Of a stretch of 64,000 bases of DNA, positions 31,701 to 40,630 are shown in pieces. Under the pieces are notes generated by a model, which did no database searches, was not told where the DNA came from, and was given only the letters and a program-made list of their open reading frames with translations. Source of the stretch: a virus; IMG/VR virus record IMGVR_UViG_3300042445_000748, positions 27,553-91,552 of that record; one strand, written 5' to 3'. Position 1 is the first letter of the stretch. Each line of letters starts with the position of its first letter. A program made the translations under genes and the position numbers.

Positions 31701-33110
31701 TAATTGTGCTACTGTTTGAGCCTGAGTTCCTTCTTTAATAACATTTTGAAATAATGTAGACATACGAGCAAACTGAAACTTACCAAATAGTTGCTCAATT
31801 GCTTGAGCACGCTTCAATGGTTCTAACTTGTCTAAAGCCAAACCAAAATCTATTACAAGTTTTTTAACGTCTCCCTTATTTGCTTCCACAATTCCTTTAA
31901 GGTTAATGCCCATGCCACCAAGGAATTCTGATGCCTTTTTGGTTGGATTAATTAAAGATGCCAAACCAGACTTTAATGCGTTAGCACCTTCTCCAGCCTG
32001 AATACCACCTTCACGCATTGCAGTCATAAAGAATGCTAAGTCTTGAACATCACCACCAAGTTGTTTGATTACTGGTGCTGCTTTAGGAATTGCAGTTGTT
32101 AAATCATCAATGTTAAGAATAGTTTGGTTTTCTACTGCGTTTAAAAAGTCAATATTTTTTGCTAAATCTTCAGAAGCAATACCAAATGTTGAAGTTAAAG
32201 AAATTAAAGTATCTAAAGACTTTGCTTGATCAATGTTACCAAGAACTGCAAGTTTAGATGCTTGTGTTACTTGTGCCATTAAATCTGCACCAACTTTACC
32301 AGTTGCAGCCACATCAGCAGCCATCTTCATAGTATCTGCAACGGCTACCCCATACTTAGTAAACTCGTTTGCAAGTAGTTGAACATCCTTTAATGCTTTA
32401 GTAGCATCTGCTGTTGTTGTAAACATATCACCGTAAACACGCTTAAATTTAATGGCCTGCTCTTCTAGTTGCATAAAAGTTTTTGCTGCAACTGTGCCAA
32501 AATATAATAATGGTATTGTAAAACCAACCATAAGTTGACGACCAGCCCACTGTGTATTCTTACCAAAGTTTAATAGATTTGTAGAGCCTTGTTTTAATAA
32601 CTGATTAAGCAGTGCTTGTCGTTGAGCAGCCATTGCTGTTTTAGTTGCATAGTCATTCATATCCAGTGCTAGTGGACGTATGGACATTGCCTTAAGTGCA
32701 CCACTTGCATCTCTACCCATTTTAATATATTGGGTTTGTAATGTTTTTACATTTTCTCTTGCAACTTTATTGATTGTGTCAAATTCTGATTTAAATAATT
32801 TACCAAAAGTTTTTGTAGAAGCACCAGCATACCTGAAGTATTCCTTCATTGTAAATTGATTTTTTTCTAGTGCTGTATTAAAAGCGTCAGTAGTTGTTCT
32901 GATCTTTTTCATTTCGGCATAGAATTTGCCGCCAGCGTTTATTTGATTTGCTAGGTTTTGAGAAAGGTTATTAGATACTGCAACACCTGCAGCACCTGTT
33001 TTTGCCATTGAGGTGTGAAAGGCTGATATCTGGCGTTGTAACGCTTTTAATTGCGTTAACGCTTCACCAGTGTCAATACCAATTTTTATATTGGACTCTA
33101 CATCAGCCAT
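25791..33110 (-). CDS. Tail tape measure protein
   Basis: 2439 aa, Ala/Gln/Lys-rich helical; TP901-like core (GANALKSGL...AIEQLFGK), hydrophobic segments and a C-terminal FASGG...DTVPAMLTPGEFIV motif; follows the tail chaperones. Confidence 0.93.
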   Translation of the reverse strand: MADVESNIKIGIDTGEALTQLKALQRQISAFHTSMAKTGAAGVAVSNNLSQNLANQINAGGKFYAEMKKIRTTTDAFNTALEKNQFTMKEYFRYAGASTKTFGKLFKSEFDTINKVARENVKTLQTQYIKMGRDASGALKAMSIRPLALDMNDYATKTAMAAQRQALLNQLLKQGSTNLLNFGKNTQWAGRQLMVGFTIPLLYFGTVAAKTFMQLEEQAIKFKRVYGDMFTTTADATKALKDVQLLANEFTKYGVAVADTMKMAADVAATGKVGADLMAQVTQASKLAVLGNIDQAKSLDTLISLTSTFGIASEDLAKNIDFLNAVENQTILNIDDLTTAIPKAAPVIKQLGGDVQDLAFFMTAMREGGIQAGEGANALKSGLASLINPTKKASEFLGGMGINLKGIVEANKGDVKKLVIDFGLALDKLEPLKRAQAIEQLFGKFQFARMSTLFQNVIKEGTQAQTVAQLTSATVEELAILSEREMKKIEDSPMYKFKKQIEDLKVTLVPIGAEFLKALTPVVEFFSKILNKFNDFSDGTKQFITYFTAILAGIGPVVLMSFGLLANGLANIIKGFTAIKGVFNRAGQSSTVLGMQTDYLTQQQLEAAAVAASLDQTHMKLTQSFNSEAEAIKRLAASYNQAVAAQRAFGLGGVPGKGPRPQPKGYAKGVVSVPGNGTGDKVPAMLSPKEAIIPAPMAKKYAPLISGMIANNIPGFAKGRDPNNSAIYGGQSKLMGPYTMFAPGNTAGGFGMDKGFVNEKGFSQSLRNSAIAAVGVEENMRLTKKAIEQLAPEITMYTDEIANEVRKTAIDSNHISEAFAKAKPKIDAILNRMTAAGGSAARSVPGLQKLMYPTDEDIRQGGNLRKPGVVFNNKTGEITRSTIYSARTGNASSFQSKSAGVERVLPIENPGGKALSRAHVVPENRVLAGPNVPITGSGIGNPTNRAAVAEIQRKSRKIAKDLNITANRAVSQSLDSMSQGINEAFQNKSPSKKMRKAAQDGAQGAIVGMQESVDDFQRVGRQLGQAGASGVSSSQSANALYGKSTGITATDKSIRRQQDKLAKQGILSGSNNQGTSSQSKSAIGQRLSSGMGTAAMSASMVAMMGSMAPGKIGEISQKLMMPLMALTLITPLLSSKFGALAVGVGAIVGLYVQQRMAMDKARDAAIDLAEKTGASSKSIQELAEFAGNVSASEIMNRRRSDGIKQYQTVQGKTTFGESFVTGEKGQALTKAVGQNIAANGVSGAGGSLTNQLATAVTSGALSAQEARSIALNMGDQMGNMAFGLKVNAELTKLLGPNGENLVKDPLKVRMELVDQGNKQLQMSNAAATRATRVTGKDVKSFGGNVAAGAGAGALAGAVVGSVVPVIGTAIGAGVGTAVGAIAGGIRGMTERKTRMSAAAGGNLAMSAIALQQNQQMLDGLQVEYEKRIEIARAAGDTAKADKLQNEYITSRQKLLDKQQETTQIIDDNFANSSGAMQKAYQDSADKMATKAYEGTMFGDVVPLAQDAIAASQGSKLAKVRLTMEMANKNIDPATMISLLDSFGDNKKDLDAVMNIITKFGGTSAARVEQISSLFLDSKGEIDKEAQKNFLLNVEGAANDQEAQDTIDFYEQLTMTGGELDIAYLVNYYENNKDARDNLNNLYDQIKENKGKLSYDVATTFLPPEYLGAIDKEYFDKLTENERQVYLNEIATVMSIQDKTVFDGDPEVQKWLGEPASIGGGEKYRNASFPVQKQQYANALGQKKTNAMDPTVATPTKPEDDAGSGGGPTGSPLDDIVKKLRDVRKATQELTVGWDASGKALKKLSKETLGFGGLAQKLRGQGANQNTIDFITGLSAEDYDKYKGMFKDISVLQKALNNIALGEYQNDQEKIVADTNNQAVAFKKLVNAGMPVADAYEAIKDNAFAAAVASEKTNKSLTSIVSSKAKAIVAQFKNAMSMGNYSEAFDPGYNAAMKYFDIQEQIIRLGRKGEINKEKLIVDNAEKQIKIAQRIQAANSYLISRYEDGLNTINDEAEKINNKYDKQFKLLDKVQKVNEIIARQEQGRLSVAQALSEGDVYAAARAAQELRAQNAASSLEQQRIGMENARDNQINGLTSNGLTRDQLEEKVKNLKNQNYRIDQDTIAPLQEQARLSQVKLDIIDEEIKSATEILRIAGMTKDQWEEQRIKIDAADFATGRYNQSIRNSQEAVTILKDKWQEVINKMNEYNSGKLEGTVNPNAPVGKKETKRVKNKDGSTTIYYDDGTQETIDIPKASSGSGGTGGNSGGSSSSQNLSSLSASQKATLSTGLLKTAAQNLAYTPAKTILDNKMKPIATIPAQAPNANQLATARYSAMAAAYLTPKKKALGGMISKFASGGFAVGTDTVPAMLTPGEFIVSKYGVDKFGVDNLKAINKGNYEQSSSVYNYNLSVNVKSDANPNEIARTVMMQIKQIDSQRIKGNRI

Positions 33111-33135
33111 TCATTAGTACCTCTTTATTTAGTTT

Positions 33136-33456
33136 TTATGGTAAATTATTAAGAAGTGCTGCGTCTGATAGTTTAACACCAGATGCCTCTTCAATAATTT
33201 GATATACCGTTGGAAGATCCATATTTTCTTCTAACGCTGCTAAGTCTTCTGCAAGTTCTGGCTTGTATTGTTTCATTGCAATTTGAATACATTCCATTAA
33301 TATGTTCATTGATTTTTCGTTATCTTCTGCGACCGCTGCTACACCTTCGAATTTCTTCATAAAAGGACGTAGGAGAGAAATTTTCAGTGGTCTTACTTTG
33401 ATTTTAGTGCCGTCAATAAGCGTAACTGTTTTTTCTTCGTTAACAGTAGTTGCCAT
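33136..33456 (-). CDS. Tail assembly chaperone (short, G-like)
   Basis: Between major tail and tape measure genes; paralogous to the N-terminal half of 33507..34190. Confidence 0.7.
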   Translation of the reverse strand: MATTVNEEKTVTLIDGTKIKVRPLKISLLRPFMKKFEGVAAVAEDNEKSMNILMECIQIAMKQYKPELAEDLAALEENMDLPTVYQIIEEASGVKLSDAALLNNLP

Positions 33457-33506
33457 TTTTCCTCCTTATAAGGTTAACCTTAATTATATCACAGAGGACC
33501 TATATT

Positions 33507-34190
33507 TTAACCAACAACCTCTTCATACCCCAAACCATTCCCAATCCCAAACCCTGCTTTCTTTGCTTTGGCTCCACGAAGGTTTGTTATGTCATTGGCA
33601 TCTTTTCCATTGTATAATACTCTTTTTTTCATATCTTCCCAAGCATTATCACTCTTATCTTTATCTATATCTACTCCTTGCATTGCCGCTGCAAATTTTT
33701 TATCATTATGATCAAACTCTCTTCTTACTTCTAGAATAGATATTAACTCTGGCATAGATAGTGCAAGTTCTAGTTCTTCATAATTTTTCCAAGCACCTAT
33801 TAAAAATACTTCTGATTCTAATTTGGCTAAATCTAGATCTTGCCAACTAGACCCACTGCTTTCTGATTTAGCCTGACTTTCAATAGTCTCTTCTTTTTCA
33901 CTACTTATTGTTATTCCAGCACAATATTCCAAAACCTTATATACTGTTTTTATATCTAAATTATCTTCTATTAGTTCTACTGAATCAGAAATGGATGGAT
34001 AAAACTCTTGCATTGCAATTCTGACAGATTCAACCATCATCTCTATGGCTTCATCTTCTGTGCTATCTTTATCTATTTTATTAAAACTGTCTAATATACC
34101 TCTTAGGTATTTTATTTTTGATGGGCCAACTGTTATTTCTGTACCGTCGATTAATTCGATAACATTTTCTTCATAAACTTTTGTGGCCAT
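33507..34190 (-). CDS. Tail assembly chaperone (long, GT-like)
   Basis: G-like N-terminal domain plus a C-terminal extension (WKNYEELELALSMPEL). Confidence 0.7.
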   Translation of the reverse strand: MATKVYEENVIELIDGTEITVGPSKIKYLRGILDSFNKIDKDSTEDEAIEMMVESVRIAMQEFYPSISDSVELIEDNLDIKTVYKVLEYCAGITISSEKEETIESQAKSESSGSSWQDLDLAKLESEVFLIGAWKNYEELELALSMPELISILEVRREFDHNDKKFAAAMQGVDIDKDKSDNAWEDMKKRVLYNGKDANDITNLRGAKAKKAGFGIGNGLGYEEVVG

Positions 34191-34206
34191 TAAACCATTA
34201 TATCAA

Positions 34207-34240
34207 ATAGAAAAGCCCACCGTTTTATGGGCGGGCTAAT
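34207..34240 (-). terminator. Intrinsic terminator after the major tail gene
   Basis: Minus strand AGCCCGCC-cataaaac-GGTGGGCT followed by TTTCTATTT. Confidence 0.65.
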
Positions 34241-34256
34241 CTTGTAAAATTACTTA

Positions 34257-34910
34257 CTAAGCAATTGTACGATCAACAATCTTACCATACATACCGTCAT
34301 CTAACGGTAACATACGGAAAGTTACGTCAAACATAGATGCTGCATCACGTTTTGCTGATGCTACTACGTTTTCGATTGACAAAGCACGGTATCCGATATA
34401 GATACGTTCCTTATCGATTGATGGGTCACCAGTTCCTGGACCAACGGCTACTATACCACGTTCTAGAGGAACGTCGCCTAGTTCACCTGAGTTGATGTCG
34501 AATTCTTGGCTTCCTTCTCCAACGCCACTTGTTGCGGATGATAATTCATATAAATCATTTGTGTTTGCTGCTACTGCCACTAGAAGGTTTTCTAGTGTTG
34601 CTTCTGCAAATGATGTTGCTAAAGATACTTGCATGCCGTCTTTGAAAAGACGAGCAACGTCAAGAACTTGATCAACTTGAACTTCACCGAAAGATGGTTG
34701 GAATGTAAGTTCAATACCATTACTGGTATAACCTACGTTTGTAAAAGCCTCAGCATTAGACAAAGTTTCTTTGTATGATGTTGCTGCTTCAAATGCTGGT
34801 AGTGGTCCACCTGCAGTACCGATTGTTTGTGCTAAAGCACCGTCATTGTATGTAAACAGTGCGGCTGCACCAACGATAATGTTGTTGGACGATCCACGAG
34901 AATATGCCAT
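34257..34910 (-). CDS. Major tail (tube) protein
   Basis: NIIVGAAALF, VGYTSNGIEL, TSFAEATLENL; strong SD (GGAGAGGTG); position and downstream terminator. Confidence 0.85.
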   Translation of the reverse strand: MAYSRGSSNNIIVGAAALFTYNDGALAQTIGTAGGPLPAFEAATSYKETLSNAEAFTNVGYTSNGIELTFQPSFGEVQVDQVLDVARLFKDGMQVSLATSFAEATLENLLVAVAANTNDLYELSSATSGVGEGSQEFDINSGELGDVPLERGIVAVGPGTGDPSIDKERIYIGYRALSIENVVASAKRDAASMFDVTFRMLPLDDGMYGKIVDRTIA

Positions 34911-34992
34911 TTATTTCACCTCTCCTTGTAAAGGGTTTTCTTATTTAGTTGTAAAGCGATGTTTCCTCAAGGTCAAGTATAACACCATTTTG

Positions 34993-35526
34993 TTAGCCCT
35001 TATGCCAGTCATAATCTAAAATAATCTTGTTTCCCGCAAAGGTTCTGGCTGTTCCAAAGTCTATGATGTCTCTAGTCTCTTGAAGTTGGTAGGTTTTAAA
35101 GGTGTGAAAATATAGAGGAAGGGACATATCCTTAAGTGCTATGTTTGGGCCAGGTATAACTGTGTCCTGATTGTCTCTTATCCATTTGTTTATATCAACT
35201 GCAGACTCATCCAATGAATTTAAAAGATCTTGAATTTTTTGACTTATGATGATTGTTCTTTCAATTGCGTCTTCACCAAAGTTATAAAAATAGTACATTA
35301 TTTGTTCACAATATATGTGTGGAAATGTTTTTCTATTCATTCTAAACATTCTGTCATATACTGCAAATGTTCCTGTAGACTCTGGAAATGATTCAGTTAG
35401 AGCAGCAATATCTGTTGGGCTAGTAGGAAAAAACGGTATTGTAAATTCTTGATCAAAAAACTCACTAATCTTATTTTGTAAATAAGCATTAATCAATGAC
35501 GGTGGATGATGTATCGTAGCAGCCAT
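34993..35526 (-). CDS. Probable tail terminator protein
   Basis: Position immediately upstream of the major tail gene. Confidence 0.5.
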   Translation of the reverse strand: MAATIHHPPSLINAYLQNKISEFFDQEFTIPFFPTSPTDIAALTESFPESTGTFAVYDRMFRMNRKTFPHIYCEQIMYYFYNFGEDAIERTIIISQKIQDLLNSLDESAVDINKWIRDNQDTVIPGPNIALKDMSLPLYFHTFKTYQLQETRDIIDFGTARTFAGNKIILDYDWHKG

Positions 35527-36194
35527 TATGCAATCACCGCATTAGAAATCCATTTATATCCAGTTGAATACCCAACACCTTTACCACTGCGTTTTCCTGC
35601 TGCCATATTGGTTTTAAATACTTGTGGTCTTTTTATATAATCATATAGACCAGATGCTTTTAAAAATGATTGTTTAAAATATTGTAGAAAAAACATATCT
35701 ATAGTTGACTCAAAACTACCCTGTGCATCTTCTCCACCAGGGCTAGATACTGAAACTGGATTTCTAGTAAACACTGTTTCTCCATCTTGCTCAAAAACCA
35801 ATACAGGTGATTTCTTAGGTCTTATTATAACTGGAATACCGTTTTCCATTATTTTTGCTTTATTATAAAAAGGAGTTGTTGATCCATCTTTTACTTGAGA
35901 TGATTGTGTAAATGTGGACATCACTGATAATCCTAATCCACTAACAGTATATTGTATATCAAATAATCTTGATTCTGGACTTCCAGATTTATACCACTCA
36001 TAAACATGTTGCAATGCTGCTGGATCTATCCTAGCGTTTGTGTCAACAAATTGTTTTAAAACCTCTATAGTTTGTTTTCCAAGATTATTTAAAAATAACT
36101 TTTTGCCACCCTCAACTCCTTCTAAAAATCCCATAGAGTATTGAACAATATTGTCCATATCTCTTTTAAATTGTTTTGTGTTAAATGTTATCAT
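35526..36194 (-). CDS. Probable neck / tail-completion protein
   Basis: Position in the head-tail block. Confidence 0.5.
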   Translation of the reverse strand: MITFNTKQFKRDMDNIVQYSMGFLEGVEGGKKLFLNNLGKQTIEVLKQFVDTNARIDPAALQHVYEWYKSGSPESRLFDIQYTVSGLGLSVMSTFTQSSQVKDGSTTPFYNKAKIMENGIPVIIRPKKSPVLVFEQDGETVFTRNPVSVSSPGGEDAQGSFESTIDMFFLQYFKQSFLKASGLYDYIKRPQVFKTNMAAGKRSGKGVGYSTGYKWISNAVIA

Positions 36195-36640
36195 AAATCT
36201 ATCGCCTGACTATCAGACCTTTTAATTACAATTTTATAGTATTCTGTTTTTCCAAACAAACCAGAGTATGGGCTTAGTGTTGCAATTTCAAAAAGACTTG
36301 ATTTACCAGCACGAACCCCACCTGTTTCAACATATATAGGGTTACCTTCTCCATCTGATATGTTTGTTATAAGAAGATTAGTTAATGCAATTCCACCATT
36401 TATATCATCAAATCTAATATCGCTTGGAACTCTGCCTCTTAAAACTGTGTCAAACAAGATTGCTACATTTTGTACTTGTTGCTCTTCTTTATTTTTAACA
36501 TTACCAGATGCAAAGTAGCATTTTATATCTTTAAATTTTGACCATTGCTTTTTAATATTACCGTACTGACCTTGCTCAACTGATGAATAATATACTTCTG
36601 CTGTCATGGGATATAAAAAGTTGTCGTCTAAACATGTCAT
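36191..36640 (-). CDS. Probable head closure (stopper) protein
   Basis: 149 aa, beta-rich; canonical position after the adaptor. Confidence 0.5.
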   Translation of the reverse strand: MTCLDDNFLYPMTAEVYYSSVEQGQYGNIKKQWSKFKDIKCYFASGNVKNKEEQQVQNVAILFDTVLRGRVPSDIRFDDINGGIALTNLLITNISDGEGNPIYVETGGVRAGKSSLFEIATLSPYSGLFGKTEYYKIVIKRSDSQAIDL

Positions 36641-37548
36641 AGTATTCCTAGTCTAGTAATGTTCTTAGTATATTTTGATAGTATTTGATCAACTATGATA
36701 TTGCCTGTACCGTTAAATAATTTTTTAGCATTAAATTTAACTTTGTACTGGTCTGTTTGATATTCTTCAACATATCTTTTATATTGATCAAGTCTTCCAC
36801 ATTTAATATCATTAACTAACATTTCTGTTGCTGCCTGAATATCTGACGGAATTGTTTTATATCCAGCATCTAGAACTAATGTATAGTCATATCCTGTAGG
36901 AAAAGTAACAGTATCCCAACCATAATACCCTAAATCGCCATATGATACTGGAAGATTTGGTAGAGTTTTTTCTAATCTATTTAATGATTCTGTTGAATTA
37001 GGAATATATTCTTGTACAGCAGAGTTATCTAATGATAATTTAAAATATCTATCGTTTGTTTCTTCATCAACATCAAAAATTAAAACATCGTTTTCATAAA
37101 CTCTCAACACCTTATAAGCATTTACCCACAAAGGTATATAATCTAATCCTTCTCCAACTGTTTGAACAATAACTTTTTGATTATAAAAACCATCAACAAC
37201 GAATGAGTCAATAATTGATCTTGCAATAAGTTCGTTATATTTTGCTTCTGTTATTTCTGAAGCGGTAGTTCCAAGTTTATTAGGGTCAGTATATGGTCTT
37301 ACTATGTCTAAATTATCTTCAAACACTATTTCTTCATCTGAATTTAAAATCTTAACTTCATATTTTCTGTCAAATTCTATTTTTGATAATGGTATTACAT
37401 ATGTTATTTGTAAGTTTGCTGAAGTTATATTTGATTCTTCAACAAAGTGTTCCACCAAATCCTGTAACCTAAGAGTGTAGATATCTCCACTTGTTGGGAC
37501 ATCAAACTTTAGTGTTAGTGGGTATGGTGGAACCCTTAATGCTTCCAT
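36637..37548 (-). CDS. Probable head-tail adaptor protein
   Basis: ARSIIDSF...AGYKTIPSDIQAATEML...VDQILSKY adaptor-like pattern. Confidence 0.65.
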   Translation of the reverse strand: MEALRVPPYPLTLKFDVPTSGDIYTLRLQDLVEHFVEESNITSANLQITYVIPLSKIEFDRKYEVKILNSDEEIVFEDNLDIVRPYTDPNKLGTTASEITEAKYNELIARSIIDSFVVDGFYNQKVIVQTVGEGLDYIPLWVNAYKVLRVYENDVLIFDVDEETNDRYFKLSLDNSAVQEYIPNSTESLNRLEKTLPNLPVSYGDLGYYGWDTVTFPTGYDYTLVLDAGYKTIPSDIQAATEMLVNDIKCGRLDQYKRYVEEYQTDQYKVKFNAKKLFNGTGNIIVDQILSKYTKNITRLGIL

Positions 37549-37551
37549 TGT

Positions 37552-37992
37552 TTATAAGCCGTATTCCCTTGCAACGTCTTCTGGTTTCAAAACTGTAATG
37601 TGATTACGTGTTGACCATTCTTTTGCTTCTTCTGCGGATACGTAGTTGATACCAACTTTTACTCTTCCTACACCCATCCAGGATACGTTTTTAGTTGACT
37701 TAATTGCAACTTTTTCTTTACCTTGTTTAGGTTCAGCAGGTTTTTCTTTTTTAGTTCTTGGTTGTTTTCCAACACCAATGGCACCAGTTGATAATGGAGC
37801 AAGTCCTTCAACAAGGTCTTCAATTGCTTGTTTTTTATCTTCTGGAATTAATGCTTCGCCTGGGGCTAACAATGCTGGTTGGACTTCTTCTATAACTTCT
37901 TCTACAACATCTTCAACAATTGCGTCTTGAATAGTATTTTCTTCAACTGTTTCTGGTGTTTGTAAATTTAAATCGTTGTCTAATTCTGACAT
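37552..37992 (-). CDS. Hypothetical protein (acidic N-terminus)
   Basis: Own TGATATAAT promoter (38010-38018) and GAGGAGG SD. Confidence 0.7.
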   Translation of the reverse strand: MSELDNDLNLQTPETVEENTIQDAIVEDVVEEVIEEVQPALLAPGEALIPEDKKQAIEDLVEGLAPLSTGAIGVGKQPRTKKEKPAEPKQGKEKVAIKSTKNVSWMGVGRVKVGINYVSAEEAKEWSTRNHITVLKPEDVAREYGL

Positions 37993-38030
37993 ATATTCCT
38001 CCTCGTATTATTATATCATTTAATTAAATG

Positions 38031-38066
38031 TTAAAGGGAGTAAGAAATTAATCCTACTCCCCTTAA
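38031..38066 (-). terminator. Hairpin terminator after the major capsid gene
   Basis: Minus strand AAGGGGAGTAGG-attaattt-CTTACTCCCTTT. Confidence 0.6.
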
Positions 38067-38080
38067 AATTGTGCTACAGA

Positions 38081-39229
38081 TTATGCATCTGCTGCTGCAT
38101 CCGCAAATGCGACTGCGTCTAGTTCTTCCCATTGAATACCGAAACGAACGAAAACTGTATATTCTACAGTATCTTTCTTTGGTCTGTATTCGCGGTTAAC
38201 TGTGATGTCTCGTTGGAAACCCCATACACGGTTAGCAGGGAATGTCAAATCGACATATCCTGCAGGGTAGTAAGGAACTTCTTGAACATCAATTCCGAGT
38301 ACACGTGTTGTACGTGCTCCTCCGAATGTTTGTGCGTTACCATCAAGGTATGCTTGACGATTTGCTTCTGTACCTGGACCTTTATTTACAAAGGCTTCGG
38401 CAATTGCATCGGCAAGAGTACCATTGTTTTTAACAATACCTTGGAAAACGTCTGTACCTGCGTAGAACTTAAGATTATTCTTAAGTGCACGGTACTTACG
38501 TGGCATTGCAAGAATTATGTCTTGCAATACGTTTGTTGTCCAGGCGTTTGCTTCAACGTTGGCAACTGCTTCGTGAGATGCTGAGTTGTTCGCTGTTACT
38601 TGATTTACGAAACCGTTCATGATGCTAGTGAAAGCATTATTTCCTGTTCCTGTTCCGTTAATTGCAAGGTCTTCGATATCATTACCGAAAGCGTTGGTCA
38701 TCAATCTTACGATATGATCTTCCAATGCTGCACCTTCAATATTGTCTTCAAGTGCTTCTGATGATACTTCCCAGTCTAAGCGAATTTTCTTTGTAGTTAA
38801 TTCAACTTTTGAGAATGTTGCACCAGCGTTTGTGTATTCGCCTAAGCCTTGTGCGGCTGCACGAATTACACGTTCTCCAACGTTAACTTTTTCAAGTTCC
38901 ATTGTGTTTGCTTTCATGGTCACTCTGCGACCATCTTTAGCCAATACAGTTGCGTCCCACACATAGTCTATAAAACGACGTGCTTGTTCAGGGCGTAAGA
39001 TACCGCTTCCAGTATCACCTGAAGGATTTACTGCGTTGATTCCTGATGTAGAGCCAAATGATGCTTCTGCGATGTTACCTAAAACACCACCATTTGCATA
39101 GTTGCCTGCTACGTTTTCACCAGCATCAGAACCAGATGCGAATGCACCTTGTGCTTGGGCTGTTCCAGGTGCTGTTCCACCTAGATCGCCTGATGTTCCT
39201 GGCTGATTTTTAATTATTTCTTCCGACAT
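38081..39229 (-). CDS. Major capsid protein (HK97 fold)
   Basis: GILRPEQARRFID, ELTTKKIRLDWEVSSEALEDNIEG, DIEDLAINGTG. Start at ATG 39229 after GGAGGTG. Confidence 0.92.
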   Translation of the reverse strand: MSEEIIKNQPGTSGDLGGTAPGTAQAQGAFASGSDAGENVAGNYANGGVLGNIAEASFGSTSGINAVNPSGDTGSGILRPEQARRFIDYVWDATVLAKDGRRVTMKANTMELEKVNVGERVIRAAAQGLGEYTNAGATFSKVELTTKKIRLDWEVSSEALEDNIEGAALEDHIVRLMTNAFGNDIEDLAINGTGTGNNAFTSIMNGFVNQVTANNSASHEAVANVEANAWTTNVLQDIILAMPRKYRALKNNLKFYAGTDVFQGIVKNNGTLADAIAEAFVNKGPGTEANRQAYLDGNAQTFGGARTTRVLGIDVQEVPYYPAGYVDLTFPANRVWGFQRDITVNREYRPKKDTVEYTVFVRFGIQWEELDAVAFADAAADA

Positions 39230-39252
39230 ATATTTCACCTCCACGTGATTTT

Positions 39253-40569
39253 TTATCTGAATAGATCGGCTGTTTTGAGGAAACGTCCGCCCCATAGGGA
39301 TTTCTCAACCATTACTGGTTGTAACTGTACGACCTCGCCGAGATCGCCAGACTTTCGGAAAGCGGTATCAGATTCTACTGATTCCATTCTCTTTCCAAAC
39401 TCGTTAACTGCACCGTTTGTTTCAACTAGTGCATTTTGTGTATTAACAATTTGTGACTTTGTGTCAGCAACTTGTTTGTTTAAATCTGCAACTTCTGTCT
39501 GTAAAGACTTTACTGTTGCAAGTAGATCGCTAAAGGCTGATGTAAGAGTATTCTTAACTTCTGTTACTGCCTCAACAATAACATCGTCTGCTTTAGATAC
39601 TTCTGTAGCAACTTCTTCAATAACTTCTGCTACTGCTTCAACTGTGTCTGCTTTTTCTGCTTCCACAACTGTTTCCGCTGCTGGTGCATCTTCTGCAACA
39701 ACTTCTGTAACAGGAGCATCAACTACGGCATCTGCCTCTGGAGCAACCTCAACATTTTCAACTGCAATATCAGATTTTTCAACAATCTCTGCTACTACTT
39801 CTGTTGTTTCTGTCATAGGACTTACCTCCTTGGTAATCTTAGAAGTGGTAATGCCTTTAGCACTATCGACTAAGAACTTTATCATATTGATTTTTTCATT
39901 ATCCGTTTTTTCAACGAATCCTATATTTTTCATTTCATTGCCAGTTGTTGGACTGATTTCTTTTTCATTTTCTGAAACCATAACAATTCCAGTTTCTGAA
40001 TCCCAAAAAACATTTTCTAAGGTTGTATTATCACCTTTAATTACTGCAACTCCGTCTACTTTTTCAACAGAAATAATGTTTGCAAATTCATTTGCTGGAG
40101 AGTCTACAAGACTTAACTCAACAAGATCATAATCTTTAATAATTCTAATTTGAGAATCTAACTTCTCATCAAAAGCGTCGTCCCATTTGTTCATTCTTCC
40201 ACCAATAGAAAAACCTGTTAGTGTGCCATCCAAAACCTTTTCCCATGTGCTTTGAGCACCTTTAGAAACATAAGCGGAAACGAAAACACCGTTATAAAAC
40301 TTCTTTGACTCTGAATCAAAATACTTGTCTTGTTTAAATGAAACCATTTTGCCTACTGCTAATGGTTGATGCATTTCTCTTATGTTACCTCGAAAGTTTT
40401 CAAATGCTTTCATGCTGGCCTCTGTGGTTACAATATCCATTTGGCGATCTAAATTATCTAATGAAGCAAAACCTGAAACAACACGACGTTCTTTATCGAC
40501 CTTACTAAAAGGCATAGATAGGCGAACATTCTCGCCCTCAGTATTCCATTGGGCTTTTAATATAGACAT
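39253..40569 (-). CDS. Prohead protease fused to an acidic scaffold domain
   Basis: HK97-protease motifs IREMHQ, GFSIGG and ELSLVDSPAN, then an E/V/A-rich coiled-coil tail. Start likely 40569 (track gives 40581). Confidence 0.88.
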   Translation of the reverse strand: MSILKAQWNTEGENVRLSMPFSKVDKERRVVSGFASLDNLDRQMDIVTTEASMKAFENFRGNIREMHQPLAVGKMVSFKQDKYFDSESKKFYNGVFVSAYVSKGAQSTWEKVLDGTLTGFSIGGRMNKWDDAFDEKLDSQIRIIKDYDLVELSLVDSPANEFANIISVEKVDGVAVIKGDNTTLENVFWDSETGIVMVSENEKEISPTTGNEMKNIGFVEKTDNEKINMIKFLVDSAKGITTSKITKEVSPMTETTEVVAEIVEKSDIAVENVEVAPEADAVVDAPVTEVVAEDAPAAETVVEAEKADTVEAVAEVIEEVATEVSKADDVIVEAVTEVKNTLTSAFSDLLATVKSLQTEVADLNKQVADTKSQIVNTQNALVETNGAVNEFGKRMESVESDTAFRKSGDLGEVVQLQPVMVEKSLWGGRFLKTADLFR

Positions 40570-40599
40570 CGTACTATACATTATAGAGCCCTTTTATAC

Positions 40600-40621
40600 A
40601 CATGTTATAAACATGTTATAA
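40600..40621. repeat. 11-bp direct repeat ACATGTTATAA x2 (possible operator)
   Basis: Read directly in the portal-protease intergenic gap; contains the palindrome AACATGTT. Confidence 0.5.
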
Positions 40622-40630
40622 ACAGTTAAA

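Noticed and set aside
39245-40132. Long plus-strand ORF (295 aa) and the other plus-strand track ORFs
   Set aside because: They are antisense shadows of well-supported minus-strand genes, with low-complexity Ser/Thr/Phe translations and no motifs.
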